Positions 37,401 to 52,400 of a stretch of 64,000 bases of DNA are shown piece by piece. The notes under the pieces are model-generated. The model worked only from the letters and a program-made list of their open reading frames with translations. It did not search any database and was not told the DNA's origin. This DNA is from Bispira polyomma (Eukaryota), in contig OZ287751.1 in assembly GCA_965649765.1 (NCBI GenBank), positions 7,006,001-7,070,000 on the forward strand, written 5' to 3'. Positions within the stretch are counted from its first letter, which is position 1, and each line of letters opens with the position of its first letter. The translations under genes were made by a program, and so were the position numbers.

Positions 37401-40400
37401 CTGGGGGTACGAGTTGTGGCTTTCACATTTCAAAGTGAGAATATCCAGTCTCTGAATGTGACCATGTTCAGTGGACCTTCAAAAATATTTTCCCACAAGG
37501 TATGTAGGAACTTTTATTGAAGTAGTCCTTTTTAAAGCTGTGTGTTAGTTTACAAACTAGTCATGGTGTCATTTACATGTAGTGTTTCTTACTAATCTTT
37601 TCATTATTTTTTGTTTCATTCATGCATGCACTAACTAATATTATAATCTTCTAATCATCTCCACTAGGAGTTTGTACTGGATGCTGACTGGACTAGTATT
37701 GAAATTCCTCTTGGAGGAGGTGTAACAGAAGTTACAGACATCAAATTACATCATTTTGAGTCATATAACAGCACAGATAAAATATCCTTGAGGAGTTTGT
37801 CTGTAGTCACTTGTCATGTACCAGGTATATACACACATATAGCAATTCAAACAGAAATTCGCTAGAATAAACATATTTATCTACTACAAAGGAAGATTTA
37901 GCTAAAGATTAATACAATTATTAATTTAATTGTTTTGCTGTTTGCAAGTTATTAATAAAATTGTTTAAATATATTCTAGTATATAAAAATTGTACTGATA
38001 AAACACTAATACATGTTAATAGTATTGTATAGAATTTCTACTTTAATAATTGATTGACTTATTTTGCTTCAGTCACAACACCATCCCCTACAACAAGTAC
38101 AACACCATCCCCTACAACAACAAGCACAACACCATCCCCTACCACAACAAGTACAACACCATCCCCTACATCAACGAGTACAACACCATCCCCTACAACA
38201 ACAAAAGGTAACAGTTATTGCCCTGTCTTAATTGAATAAATTACCCCATAAATTTTACTAACTGCAGATGAATATGCTTTATTTTTCAGTGCTGCAGTGT
38301 ATTTTATGTATCTTACTCAGCATGCAGAGGGGAAGTACTTATATTATAGATATGTTAAATAATGTATAGTATAGCAATCTTATTCAACACACTTTTTGCT
38401 CAGTATGACTTCAGAAATTATATTAAAGGCACAGATAAAGGATATAATTTAAATTATTTAATGTTACTACTTCCTAATTTTGATTTTCCACTAATCAAAT
38501 TATTGTTATGATCACTCCAGTTACTACAACCACTCAGAAGGCTGTTTGTTCTGATGGAAGTAATTACACAAACCTAGGAACAGCAGACCAGGACCTGTTC
38601 ATGACACTTTTGATTGATGAAGTCAATAGTCCTGAAGTACTAAATCTCCTTGATCATAGTGTTCCTGTAATTCTACCTGTAAATGATGTATCTATGTTGG
38701 CATTATTTCTAAATGATGATGAATCATCAGAGCTGATGGAATTCTCGTTTACACTGAATAATGCTCCAGGCCTTAGTTACACTGTCAGCTTCTCCAATAA
38801 CACACAGCAAACTTACAATGTGAGTAAATAATTGATGAACTGTTCTAAATTAGTAATTTGAAGCCATCTCAAAAACATAACAAGAACAAAACACTTAAAG
38901 CTTGCGTATTGCGAAAAATTTGAAAATATTTAACTTTGAGCCTAAAAGAACAATGGGCTGCTCTTAACTTATATCAAATATAATATATATTAATTACATG
39001 GCTATTCCAATGTAAAGCTTTCCTTAATTGTTTAATGTATACCAGATTGTTTCAATGGTGTCTTCCTAAACTACTTTCCATAAACACTAATCAAATTAAC
39101 TATATACATATTTAAGCTTGAAAACCCCAACAACCCTGGTATTTCATGGTTCCATACTGAGGAGCTTCCATTATTTGATGATGTCAGAGTTACTAGACTT
39201 TACTTACATATAACAGCAACTGATTTGCCAGTTGAAATCACTGGGTTAACAGTGGCTGCTTGTATTTTTGAAGGCAAGTATAAGCACTCCTAACAAGCTC
39301 TATAGTGTAACCTAATAGAAATAGATATCATAAAAGTACAAAAAACTCCATTAAGCAATAGCTTATTTATTGCTATGCTTAGTTTGTATCATACAGACTT
39401 TCCATCTGTAAATTAAAATTTAAACTAAATTTATTTATTAAATTTTGCATCTCTTAATTAGAGATGCAAGAACATTATTACACTGGTACATGTCAGTTAA
39501 TATTTCATGGTAACTAAAAGTTTCTAAACATTTAAAGAATCAAGCTTACGACGTACTAAAAAGACAGGAACATTTAAAACAATATTCCAGTAAAATATTG
39601 TAAATGTACACGACTGCATTATACCAGCATGGCACAGGATCACCGATAACCAGAATATCAAATATACAATACTTCTGGGCCCTTGTTGCAGTTTAAAACC
39701 ATAACTTTCCTATTTCTGCACAGATTCTGCAATAATTCTGTCACCATTGGTTCTAAAATTATATGCTACAAATTTTGATACCAAAAAAAATATGAAGTTT
39801 TATTTGCTTTCCATTTGGGCAGTACGTCGCTGTGTAAATTTGCCACCATGCCCACAATTCCTACTAATGTACGTATTCTATGCATGTGAACACCTCTAAA
39901 ATAGATATAAGTAGCCATTATTTTATGTACTAGTGATATGTACTTGTATTCTTACTAGCATGCCACACCAGGGACTGTATTCACAAAAGGTGTTAGTCTT
40001 AACATACTCTAAAGCTTACCATGTATGTCTAAAATATTTAAGACTGCCTAATGTTAGTTTTAGTTTTAAGTGCATGTTCAACACATAGCAAATATCTTTT
40101 CTTATCGTCACTGAGACTAAGATCAAAATCTTAACCTTATCGGCCAAAATCAAAGACCAAAATCTTCAGACTAAGTTAAGACTAAGATCTTTTGTAAGTA
40201 CGATCTGTGTTTATATTTAAACAATGCATCAGCTGGAATAATTGTATTTAAATGAAAAATATAGTGTACATTTCTCTAAAATATATTTACGGGCCGCGGT
40301 GGCCTAGTGGTTAGCAAGCATTGTGCTTCACAATCACTGGTCTCTCACCTCTGGGCGGCGTGATTTCGAATCCCGTATGCCTATGTAGAAAAGGTGGTAG

Positions 40401-43400
40401 TTCCTTACTGTGGGCTGCTGGTTTCTCTGCAGAACCTTGACCGACTGTATGCAGTGTTTCCTCTAGCATTTCCAACTACCCGTCCCAATATAACCTACTA
40501 AAAGGTACTAGAGTGGACGTTAAATATCCAAATTCAAATTCAAATTTAAACTATAATTAAATTCATGTAATCACTCTGTCTATTTGAAAGGAGTCACCAC
40601 CACTACACCTGTGTCACCTACAACTTCAGAGAAGATCAAAGACCAAGGCAAAACCACATCTGTGCCCCTTGGTATGAGACACTCTTTCTTCTTTGGTTTT
40701 TGTATAGAATTACAGATAACACTGTTCAGTACAAAATGTAGAAGGGTGTAACAGTAAAAAATTACTAAGTAAAGTGTGAGAGTTTACAAAACATTTGTCA
40801 GCAACATATTCAGACATGAAGCAATGTATGTAGTCTACAGTTAAAACTTCCTTTCTTACTCATGGAATTTAACACAAACCATTGCTAATAATGACTTCTA
40901 GCAAAGAAAACATATTTAGTTTAACTGGGATACAAATACTGCTACCACATTTTGCTAGTTGTGTACATTAAAACAGATACATTACTATGACAACGACCTT
41001 TTTGCTTTCACTTTACAAGTTAACCAGTTCATGTTTTACTTTTGCCCACTTTCAGCCGCTTGGTGTCCATATGGGGGTTATAAAGTTTTAGAATCAGAAG
41101 ACAGCAGCATATTTACAACATTTTTCGACAGAACAATGAATAGTCCCACATTGTTCTCCTTAATGGATGATGAGGAAGCAGCTACCATTCCAGCAAACAG
41201 GAGTTTTACACTTGGATTATTGTTAAATGACAGTCAGTCACAACTCATGGAGCTGATCTTTGAAGTGACAACTGTGAAAAATTTAACTTATACCATCACT
41301 TTGGACAATAACACAGAAACCATTGTTTCCGTAAGTAGCATCTCTATTATCCGAATTTCTATAATCCAATATTCAATTTTATGAGCTCACTCTGCATAAG
41401 TTATGTATTCCTATTGTTTGATTAAAAAATGTCTCCTCAATTTTACAAAACTTCCATTATCCGAACAACTTCTTGCTCTCCCAAAAGTTCAGATAATAGA
41501 GGTTCCACACTGCATATATAAATATATATGTGTACATGTATCTGTTAAAAACTGTATTTTGCATGCATAACTAAAACAAGTGACAGATAATTCATTCTTT
41601 GTTTCATTGTCTTTATAGATTTCCAATACAAATCCAGAAAACAGCATTTGGAGAGAGCGCATACAGCTTCCAATTACTTCTGACAACAGGGTGATTGGAG
41701 TTACATTGGACATACCTGAATCTACCTCCTCATATAATATTTCAAGCTTTAACTTGGCAGCTTGTGTGGTTAAAGGTATGCTTATCAATCCAAGTACCAA
41801 AATTGCTTAGGTAGATTGTACTGGAACAATAGAAAGCACCAGTTCCATAACAAAAGTACCCTAAATAATATGTATTTGTTGAAGAAACATAGCCTCTAAT
41901 ATAGTAATACATACAGCCGTGATTATTCTAATAGTAATGTTTTTGGCTTACACAATATGCTAGCTCAATAATACTGTACAATTATTCAGTTTACACCAGT
42001 TGTATATGTCATGGTATTTTAATTTTTTGAATTTTATAATGAGTATGTTGTATATTGCTGTTTCAAATCGGCTGTACTAATCATATGAATGAGTTGGGAA
42101 ATGAGTCTGTGTACCTGCAGTTATATGTGTTTGTTTCTACAATTAAGTTTGCGCTAATGGAGAGGACTACCGCCTTTTGAATGTATCAAGTAGCAGTCAT
42201 CTACACTACATGGTTAATAATAAGATGAATGATGCTGGACTGTGGGAGTTGATGGAAGACAACGTCGAGTTACAAATGACCAATATACAAAAAAATCAGA
42301 CTATTGCCATACTTCAAACCCGCTTCCTGTATCAAATAATGCAGATTTATCTGCACATAACTGGAGTGGATGAAATAACGCTATTTTACACATACAAGAA
42401 CAACACAAGGAATGCAGAACAAGTAGGTCACCTGATACGGTACTATATACGTAGCTAGATTTAGCTTAATTATAGAAATTGACAATATCTGGGGAGCCCT
42501 TTTGTTGAAGTCAAAGTAAAGTAAGAGAAGAAAGTCTTACATGACAGTCCTAATTTATTGTACTAAAATAATTTGTTTTTTTGCAATACAGTGAACCTGA
42601 TGTCTTTTGATTCAAAACAAGTAATATGGAATATTTAAGAAAATTACTTCCCCCAAGCCATGAGTTCTTTACTTCATACAATACTATATGTAGTTGATGA
42701 TTACATTTAATGTCAGTGCATATAAGCCATAAATAACTTAATAATTCAATTTACCAGTTAACTCGAGCCAGCAACTCTCCAAATCGATGGCCAGGCACTG
42801 TTTTGCTGCCAGCTTCTGAAGACACTGCTGTTAAAAATATCCTAATACAGCTTCCTGTTGCCACTGGTACTATTGTCATAACAAAGTTTGAAGTGGCAAT
42901 ATGTTCCTATGTCGGTAAGTGATCATCCATTTGAATTCCTTCTTTCTGTATCTTATTTTGGATGTTCTTATGAGATAAAGCAGTTGTTATTTCAACGCTA
43001 TAAAGCTACAGTTTTATCATACCTTGGAACCGGTTTGATTCTATGCTTTATATCTAGTTCTATTATGCCTTCCTGGAGGTGTTGGTTTTTTGGTCCACAA
43101 AAACAATAATTAGTTTCTTCACCCCAAATTAAGCATTTAACTACCTGCAATATCTGACATGTTGTGGCATAAAATCGACATCTTTCAATTTTGAATTATC
43201 CTTGATGTACACAAATAGATTTCACTTAATCTGTCAGAAACAGAAAACATTTTTTCTGAAAAGCAAAAGGTTAATCCCATTACCATGTTACAGGTCCTAC
43301 AATACCTCCAGGTGTTTTTCCTTTCAGTGTTACATACATTTTGAAGATTTTTCTAAACATATCATGTGATGAAATTTTAGAGTTTAAGATAGATAAAATA

Positions 43401-46400
43401 ATTCCTCACAGTTCAATAAGAAATAAATTTTCTGCAAAATCACGAACTGAAATTGACAACATGGTTAATTAAGTTTTAAAATAAGTATGTTCCTTATATC
43501 GACCTTCTCAGTCAGTTTGAACAACCTGAGTCAAGAGATACTTTCTAATGAACATGATTCAGTAAATCTTGAATTGTTTTCCATTGATGTTTTCTAGGAA
43601 CGATAACAAGCACCAGTACTTCGATAAGCACAACACCACCCCCTACAACAACAAGCACAACACCATCCCCTACAACAACAAGCACAACACCATCCCCTAC
43701 AACAATAAGTACAACACCGTCCCCTACTACTACTGAAAGGACATGTATATCTGGACCAGAAGTTTTCATAGATGAAGATAATTATGATGCTTTTTTTACT
43801 ATCTCAAATGATGATACCAGAAGCCTCATCCTCTACCATGATCAAATATTTGCATCATTAGATAACATTTATGAATTGGAAATCCGATTACAAGATTGGG
43901 CACAATTTCATGATGCAGAACTGATGTATTTTATGCTAGTGGTAATTAATGCTAGAAAGGTCGTACTACAGACTTATTACAAAGATCATGTCCTGCCTGA
44001 AACAATTCAGGTAAGTATCCTAAAATCTCTTAAATTTGTATGTCAGATACAGAAGATAAATTTTATGTCATTGGTAAATGCTAAGTGCTGGAAAATATTC
44101 ATTCAAAATCATTTAAAAAGCTGGATTATATTGTAAATATTTTTAAAACATACTAATCCGGTAATTTAATTCATGTAGTACTACATAGAAAATGTACTAA
44201 AAAAGAGCTAATAATAAATTTCCCAAACTGTTATCACTATGTTGTGCAATGTGTTTATTATCCTTTCATTTGGTTCTACTATCTTCAATGTTCAACTTCC
44301 TTTGGTTACAAAACAACTCAAGTAGCAATCAAATATGTTATTACATTTATCTTGAGCTCAGTAAATTGGTCTTGGCATAACATCTTGGTGAAACTTCGGC
44401 TTGTAGACTGTGTTAGGTTGTTGCTTGCACCACGGTTCAGTGGAAACCAGAGTTTCATAGACTTTATAACATGGTTCTTGAACAGTACACTCAGTGAGTT
44501 GTTTAGTGGGGTGTTTATGGTTGTACAGGTCACTATACGGAATGAATATAGAAAATTGCTATGTGCATTGCAGTTTGTTAATCCCATGCCAATGGTTAAT
44601 GAAACTTGGCGTCTAGACTATGATATAGAGAGAAATTTTGCTGACCAAGGTGCAGTTGCAATTATCCTTGAAGTTTTTCCATTTGACTCACAAACCGGTG
44701 TGACAGCCATGAAAATTGATATCCTTGAGGTTGAGGCATGTTTGCCAGAAGGTAATTAATTAATATACATATAGCCTATTATTTTGAATAGAAAAAATGT
44801 GTAAAAAAAAGTTAATATTTTATGTTCTATCAATATATTTCAAAGCAAATAATATAAAATCCCAGCCACCAAAAGTATGTATATAACTATTAGCAGCATA
44901 GATACGGTTCATCAAAGGTAGATTGTACAATAAAGTACACTTGACAATTCTGCTCAAACTATCAATGATATAACATTCACAAGTTGACCAATGCTAAAGC
45001 TTTGATACCAGCTTTTTGATACCAGTTTTGTTTCTTTTCAGTGACAACTGCCCCCCCTGCTGTTACAAGCAAGACACCAGCTCCACCTCATCCAGGAACA
45101 ACCACATCCACACAGCCACCAACTACAACTACAGGTATATATATATATATAGCATGTAATACCAATGCATAAATATGAAAACAAAGTTGGATGGACTTCA
45201 TTCAAAGTAAACATTGCTGTAGTCTCTGGACTAGATCACAGGAACCTTTTTTTTTCGGAAAATTTTGTCTGTAATAATTTTCATATTGGCAAATATAGGT
45301 ATAAATATATAATGGCTGCCCTTAACTTGACCATGGTTTTGGAATTATTTTTATATGCTAGTTTTGATTTACGGTGCAAACCAGATTTTAGAGTTTGCTT
45401 CCACTTTGGCCTGGTGAGGAGGCCACCCTATTTGTATGCCTTTGTAGACGTGAGTCGACTTACCGTTGTATACGATCATTGAAACGTAGGTATTGTTGAA
45501 TTGGACGAAGTAAGTCCTCTGTTTCATAGTAATTTAGGGAATCCTCTGTCTGGTCTGTGTGCATATTTAGGGGGGGAACCACTATGCTCTTGTCCGATGT
45601 CATCCATCAGCCTGTCCCAATCTAAGTCAGAAGGGGATCAGCATCTTCGTGTGGGTTATAGCCGGTGCTGTCGGGTGAGCTATGTTGCTCACGAGAGGAG
45701 ACAGTAGGGAAAGTTACAGTCCAACCCTTATGCTGTTGGTCTTTCCTAATGACATTGACTTGGTTCTTTAAGCTTGGTCAATTTTTGAATTTTCTGGATT
45801 GTCTTTACTTGTCTCTGTTTTTAACGCATTCATAGCATAAGTAGTTTGTGATTTACTAGTCTGTCATGTGCGTGGTCTTGTGATAGTGGGATTTGTGGAT
45901 CTCTATGAGCCATGACACCATAAGCCATGACACAAGGGTGGCATTTTCTCCCAAGAATCGAAACTGATGATTTACTAATAGTATTAATATCCCAGTGACA
46001 ATCACGACCGACCGGACATTTATGATGATGCTGACACTTTCTGCAGTAAGTCATTGCTGACGCCATTTAAATCACACATGTGACACATGGAAGATGTAAG
46101 GTTTTGCAATAGTCGCTTGTGAAGTTATAAAATAGTGAAACTAAGAAGCATGGAAATAAGAAGTTGATTTAAAATAAACCAAAATATGATACAATATCGT
46201 CAAGTTTTAAAAGCAAGCATAATTGGTTGCATAAAGAGAGCTTCTTTTGGTTCACTCAGACGTTGAACAGGGGTTTAAGTAATCAAAATGGGAGGGGGGG
46301 GGGGAGAAGGGGAGGTGACAAATTTAACTTTCTCTGCACTGTCAAGGCAAGCCTTTGAACTACAGACAGGAATTAATTAGTGTCACACTCTCGGACGGAC

Positions 46401-49400
46401 TCCAACTAGTGTTGTCAGCGCCCTAGCCTTGAATATATATATAATTATTTATGTTTTATTTTAATTTTAGGAGAACGAGAATGTGCCTCAGAGGATGAAT
46501 TCATTCTTGGGACCGCTACTAATCACACGTTTTTCATTTCTGTCGATGGCATTCCCCAAGATCAATCATTCATTAATATTATGGGAGAAAACAGTGTCAG
46601 TTCAACATACCCCTCCAATCTGGATCAACTAATTGTCAAGATAGATCTGGCTGCTTCATTTGTTCCTACAGCTGAACTAATGGAGCTTACAGTTGCTCTC
46701 ACAGGAGCAGGACGTCTATCAGTCATCATTATTTATCGAAACGGGACAAAGAGGCAAACAGTAGTATGTGCTTTCCAACCTTCCTTGTATACCAGTTTCC
46801 AGTCCTAGTATTCCAAATCTTTAGATTTAATAATCCCTTTCTAATTAAGGAATAACCCTTTGACAAACCACAGACGACACCTGAGTGTTTCTGCAGTGGT
46901 AAAATAACCGTATTTCCTTGGTTTGGAAAAACATGACAAAACCAAACTTTGACTTGAAACTGGTTTCATTTTTAAATTATGTGCACGGGGTACTACTTCT
47001 TTTGACATAAAAAAAACATTGTTGAGAAAAGCGGTGTCGATTGTTCAGACTTTGTTGGTGATCAAAATCAGTGACACAAGCTGATTTGTCCTATTCGAAT
47101 CTCCTATCTGAGATTTATCATCGTCACACAAAGCATTATGTTCTGCAATGTTGACAAACAGATGGTGATTAGATTTGATAAATTTTAGTCAGATGACATA
47201 TTTATAAGAAACAAAACTAAAACTCAGACACATATTTATTTTGACCACCATACTACAAACTTTGTCTGCTCAAAAAAAAACTACCAAACAATAGAGAAAA
47301 CAAATGTAGAAAAATTGACATTTAAGTTCAGTTAAAAATAATAAATTATGTTATTGTTATTTATCCAGAAAAATTGTGTATACTACAACTAAAATATATT
47401 CGATATTTTAATTTTAGGATCTGCCCCGACCCGGTTTTAAAACGATTGATGAAAGCTGGGAAACAATCATTGCATTGGACGAGAATGATGCACCAATTGT
47501 CGGTCTGATTGTCATGTTCAACAAAGCTGATATCTCTGCATGGATGAGTCTGACAACATTCAATCTTCTGGCCTGTGTGCCGCCAAGAGGTAGGGGGGAT
47601 TGTCTTTAGCAATACATTATCACTTCAGTACAGTCATAGACGGGTCAAAGAGTAAATGTCACACTAATAAAACATTAACATTTGATTGTTATGTGCAGGA
47701 AAGACAACTGAAATAACAAAGATACCAGTAAAATCCAACATGTAACAGAATAGTAAGCAATATTTTGGTCTTGCTTCTATTATCATTCTATAATAAATTG
47801 GAGTTAAGTATGTGTGCATTTGACATAGATATATGTATTTAGTCCTAAACATATGGTAATTTTTTTCTGACAAACCCTTCAACTTGTGCAAGACATCAAA
47901 TGTAACTTAAGTCAGAGTATGTACGTGTACATCAAAATCAGTAGTGCCAAAATAATAATTTTACAATGCATCAGTGGTGATGAGTTTGTTATGTGGAATT
48001 GGTGCCAATTCTTAACACTTTCAGTATTAAGACAAACTCAGATTTTATATACTATTTCTATAAAGAATGACATGGAAACCACAGATTTAAACTTAAACAA
48101 CATATATAAAGGGGTTATATGATTTTCTCAGATAAAGATTTTAAAACAAATTACCAATTAACTTAAAACAAGTTTTGTGTTTAATTTTTCAGTTTATCTG
48201 TATTTGTAAAATAAGTTTGGAAAATATAGAGATAACTGATTGGCTAGACATTCTGTAATTTCTATTTAATTTAACATTAAATAACATTTCTATATAATGA
48301 TATTTTTAGAAACAACCACCCCAACGTCAACAACAGCCTCAACACAATCAACTACGACCAGTAAGTTTACAAGATGATGCTTCTAATCAATGAACAAAAG
48401 CTCAACTAAAACAACAATCGTCTGATATCTCTCCAGCCCTCAAAAACACCATTGGCTTCCCATGCATTTTCAAATTTTGTGTAAAATCCATGTCATCACT
48501 TTTAAAGCTGTTGTCTCTCGACAGCCCTCCTAGTTTGTTACTCATATTTTCTTCAGTAACCTCAAGAGGGCAAAGAGACTTCATGTTTCCTCAGTAAAAT
48601 CTTTGAAGAGGGCTGGATCTAGGTGCTTTTGCAGTCGCTGCCCCTATTAGGTGTCCTGTTGCAGTTTCCCTGTTGAGGGTTCAGGAGAAAACTTAAGACC
48701 TATCTCTTCAAACCTCCTTAACTCCCGCCCCCCCCCCCTTAATGCCCTCTCTGTACACACCCACATCCTCTCTTATCTTTTGGCTATGTTTTTGGACTTC
48801 CTCATTGGTTAACTGATTTTGTTGTGCTTCAGAAGATGAGTGTATCAATAACGGCACATTAAATATGCAAAAGACAATACAAACTTTCCGTTATTTGGCA
48901 TGAATATGGGTGGCACTGGTTTCAGCCTACCTTTGGCTTTAGCCACTACAAGATTGACTTTTATTTGTATTGATTTTACTAGATAGCCGAGGCCAAGAGT
49001 AAGCCGAAACAAGCACCACATGTTAAATATAAATAAATATATTATTATTAACAGAGAACCGTGTCTTTACTATACGACTGTTAATTACTGTGATATTTTT
49101 TTACGTTTCCTTTGTAAAAATACTGAACATTAGCCAACTCTGAAATGCTGATGCTTTGCTCATGTTATGAAGTATTGCCTAATGCGTTAAAATTTGCCCA
49201 AACAATGCTCTACTACAATCAACTTTTTGTTTCCCAGGTTTCATCTGTGCTGCTCCATACAGGGAGAACTTCTTAGACAGCCAGTCAATTAGTATATTTA
49301 CTGCGACTGCAACAGCTGGAAGTGTATCAATATCTACTCTATTAACTGGGGAGAACAGTGAATGGAGAAGTGATCATCAAATTGCAGAGATAATCGTGTC

Positions 49401-52400
49401 ATTAACGGAAGGACAGTTGATGGAAGTTCATATTAATCTTAAGAATGTAAATTCCATCGCAGTTTGGATTCCAAACAGCAATGGTGTTCCAGGAGACTTC
49501 ATTTTAAAGCATACTGTAAGTTTTTTCTTTAATATTGTGGTGCCCATAGCCTAGTGGTTAGGGAGTTCCTTTTGGTGATCAGAAAGTCTCTGCTTAAAGT
49601 CCTAGTTGGGGGAGTTGATCTCGTGATTTTCAAGGTTTTCGTTTTTACTCTCGCTAATGCTGTCAGGATAATTGGTGGTTTATTGGTAGGATCGTTTGGC
49701 AAGATGTGATGCCATTCCTTACTGATGATGACCCAGGCTATGTTCTTCTTTTGAATGACAACATTATAAATTTCTTTGTCAGTAAAATATAAGATACTTT
49801 CACAAACTGAATTGTTTTATTTATCATAAAACAAGAGTTTTGATTCAGTGATATAAAAGGCCCCTTTCAAATTGTTCATACAACAAACAGAATTGTGCTT
49901 TATGGAGTCAGTAATGTGAAAAGACATTTATTAATGTTATCTTATCATAAACACAATTATAACAATCACAGTTCTGTATAAAAAATATTTTTTTAAAATT
50001 TGAACAAAATTGTAGAAAGTTTTAACAAATGGATGGTGCTTTCCACACACGTTTGCATAAGTACTCGTTATATTTGTGATTTTCTTTTAAAAACAACAAG
50101 AAACTAAAATAAGTATGAACTAAGATCAAGGTTCAGTTCCTTCTTTTACAATGTTTTATCAATGTAATAATATCTTTCATTAATAAAATTTTTTTTTTTT
50201 CATCCCAATAAATGACCGCATATAAAATCATTGCTTTTTAGGAACAAAATGTCAACCCCCCATCTGAAGTATGGTACTATTCTATGGATTTTATCCATGA
50301 TATCTCAGAGACCCCACAGTCTATGAAGCTGCTATTGCTTGGTAGTACATTAACAAAGAATATCACCGTGGACAAATTTTGGGTGAAGGCTTGTATCCCA
50401 GGTATGCCAGTTCTACTCGTATCGGCTATTTTGAAACGACACCCTGTTTAGGGGATGCCGTTTTGACACCTAAGTAATAAATCGACTACTTAGTTATGAG
50501 TTATTTGAATAAAAATAAATTGGTATAGAAGTTGATTCAACTTGCCATATGTTACATTTACAATTTAGCTTATAATTCTGCTAATTTGGTTTCAAATAAG
50601 ATTGTCAATGCATTTTTCATCTACTTTTTAATTTGAAGTGGAAAAAAAAAAGAAACAAATATTCTAAACATTGAATTAGTGTGAAGCATTTACAGCTTAC
50701 ACACAGATCTAAAGAAATACAATCATATTTTGACATTAAAGTCACTGGTGTTGAAACAGTCGGGTGTCAGTTCAAATCGGCCCCGGTGTCAAAATGCCCA
50801 CCCCTACATGGGATACTGAATATGTAGAAATGTTAACTGAAAGAAATTGTCACTAATTTACCATTTTTTAGAAATTCACTTGAATCAATTATCACTATTT
50901 AATAGTTTTAGTGTAAACTATCAAACAAGTTCCAATTTTCAGTGAATTGTTTCGTATTGATACAAAAACATCTACCAATGCTATCTCAGTAAATTGCATT
51001 AAAGTTTGATACCTTGTTGCATTTATCCGTTCACTGTTCTATTATCCTGATTAATTTCTAACTCTTCCTAATTGCTATCCTCTATTAAGCGTTGTAGAAG
51101 TGTTTCGTAATGTGTTCTATTGGTTTTTTAATCAGTTAAAAGAACAAGATCCTATTTTGGATAGATTTTCTCTTTTAGCCTTGTGTTGGTTTCAAACTGC
51201 TAGGTTTTACTACTGCGTTTAATTTACTAAAAAGTTGTTTTTTTATATTACAGAAAGTACAACAACTGTGGCACCTACTACAACAACTCGTAAGTAATGT
51301 ATTTTAGTAAATATATTATAAAACTTATGATATGAAACTGTAGTAATAATAATTATCATTATCACTTGATATAGTCCAGTTACAAACATCACTGTTATGT
51401 AATGCGCTTTGACGTTATTGCCCCAGCCAGAATTCTTCCACTTGTCAACCAATTGTTCACTCTCGGCTCCCTCAATGAGCATACTAGCCATGCTGCCACA
51501 CACACGGTGCAAAGACTAACACGCATTATTAGCTAGGTTCCCCATAATACACCTGGAGGATGCAAGAAAGTGGTGAAAGATTTATGAAAATTGGATAAGA
51601 AATAAGAAAGTCATGTGTCAAAAAAGTATGTTATAAAATAAATTATCTCGTCTTATTGGCAGATACGTTTGATTTGCAGGGCTTTAATAGTACCTCACTT
51701 GAGCCTTGTGATCTTAAGGATTTGGCAAAATGTGTACTGTTTTCAGATCTGGCTCCAGTATCAGTATTTGGATAAAGTAGTTCACACAAAGTTGTTCCTC
51801 TCCATCCAGGTGTATAAATGGGTACCTGATCCGCTAATGGGTGTTTGTCTTTGTGCCATAACTGGTAGCAAAGCAGAGAGTGAACAACTGGTTGAAAAGT
51901 AGAAGAACTCATGCAAGGGTGAAAACTGTTGAGTTTAACGAGACCTCATTAGGGGTGATAGCCTATAAACCTACACATTTACAGTTTGGATATATAAAGA
52001 TATATATATGTACATATATGCTTTCCAGGACCAATTTGTGAGGCACCATACACACCAAAGTACCTTACAGAAGGTTACCTCACAGTGACTACCAGTAGTA
52101 ATCATGCTCTCAAGAATTTGATGTTTAACACTGCCAGCTCTGGTTGGCAACCATCTTATGCAGATAAGTACAACACTGAAATCTCATTCAAATTCACCCT
52201 GGATGTGGGATCTGGAAATCTTGCTGACATTGAGTTTGTTGTGACAGGTGTGAACTATATTGAGGCCATAGGATATATCAGAGGGGATCCCAACAATGTG
52301 ACTTTAAACACTGTAAGTGAAGTCTGTATATAGCGTGGCTTAGTAAAACTGTATATGTGGAAAATATTATGAAACTCTACTGTATTAAGCTAGTCCAACT

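Noticed and set aside
40290-40375. tRNA gene
   Set aside because: Has A and B boxes but no convincing cloverleaf, and continues into a SINE body and simple-repeat tail.
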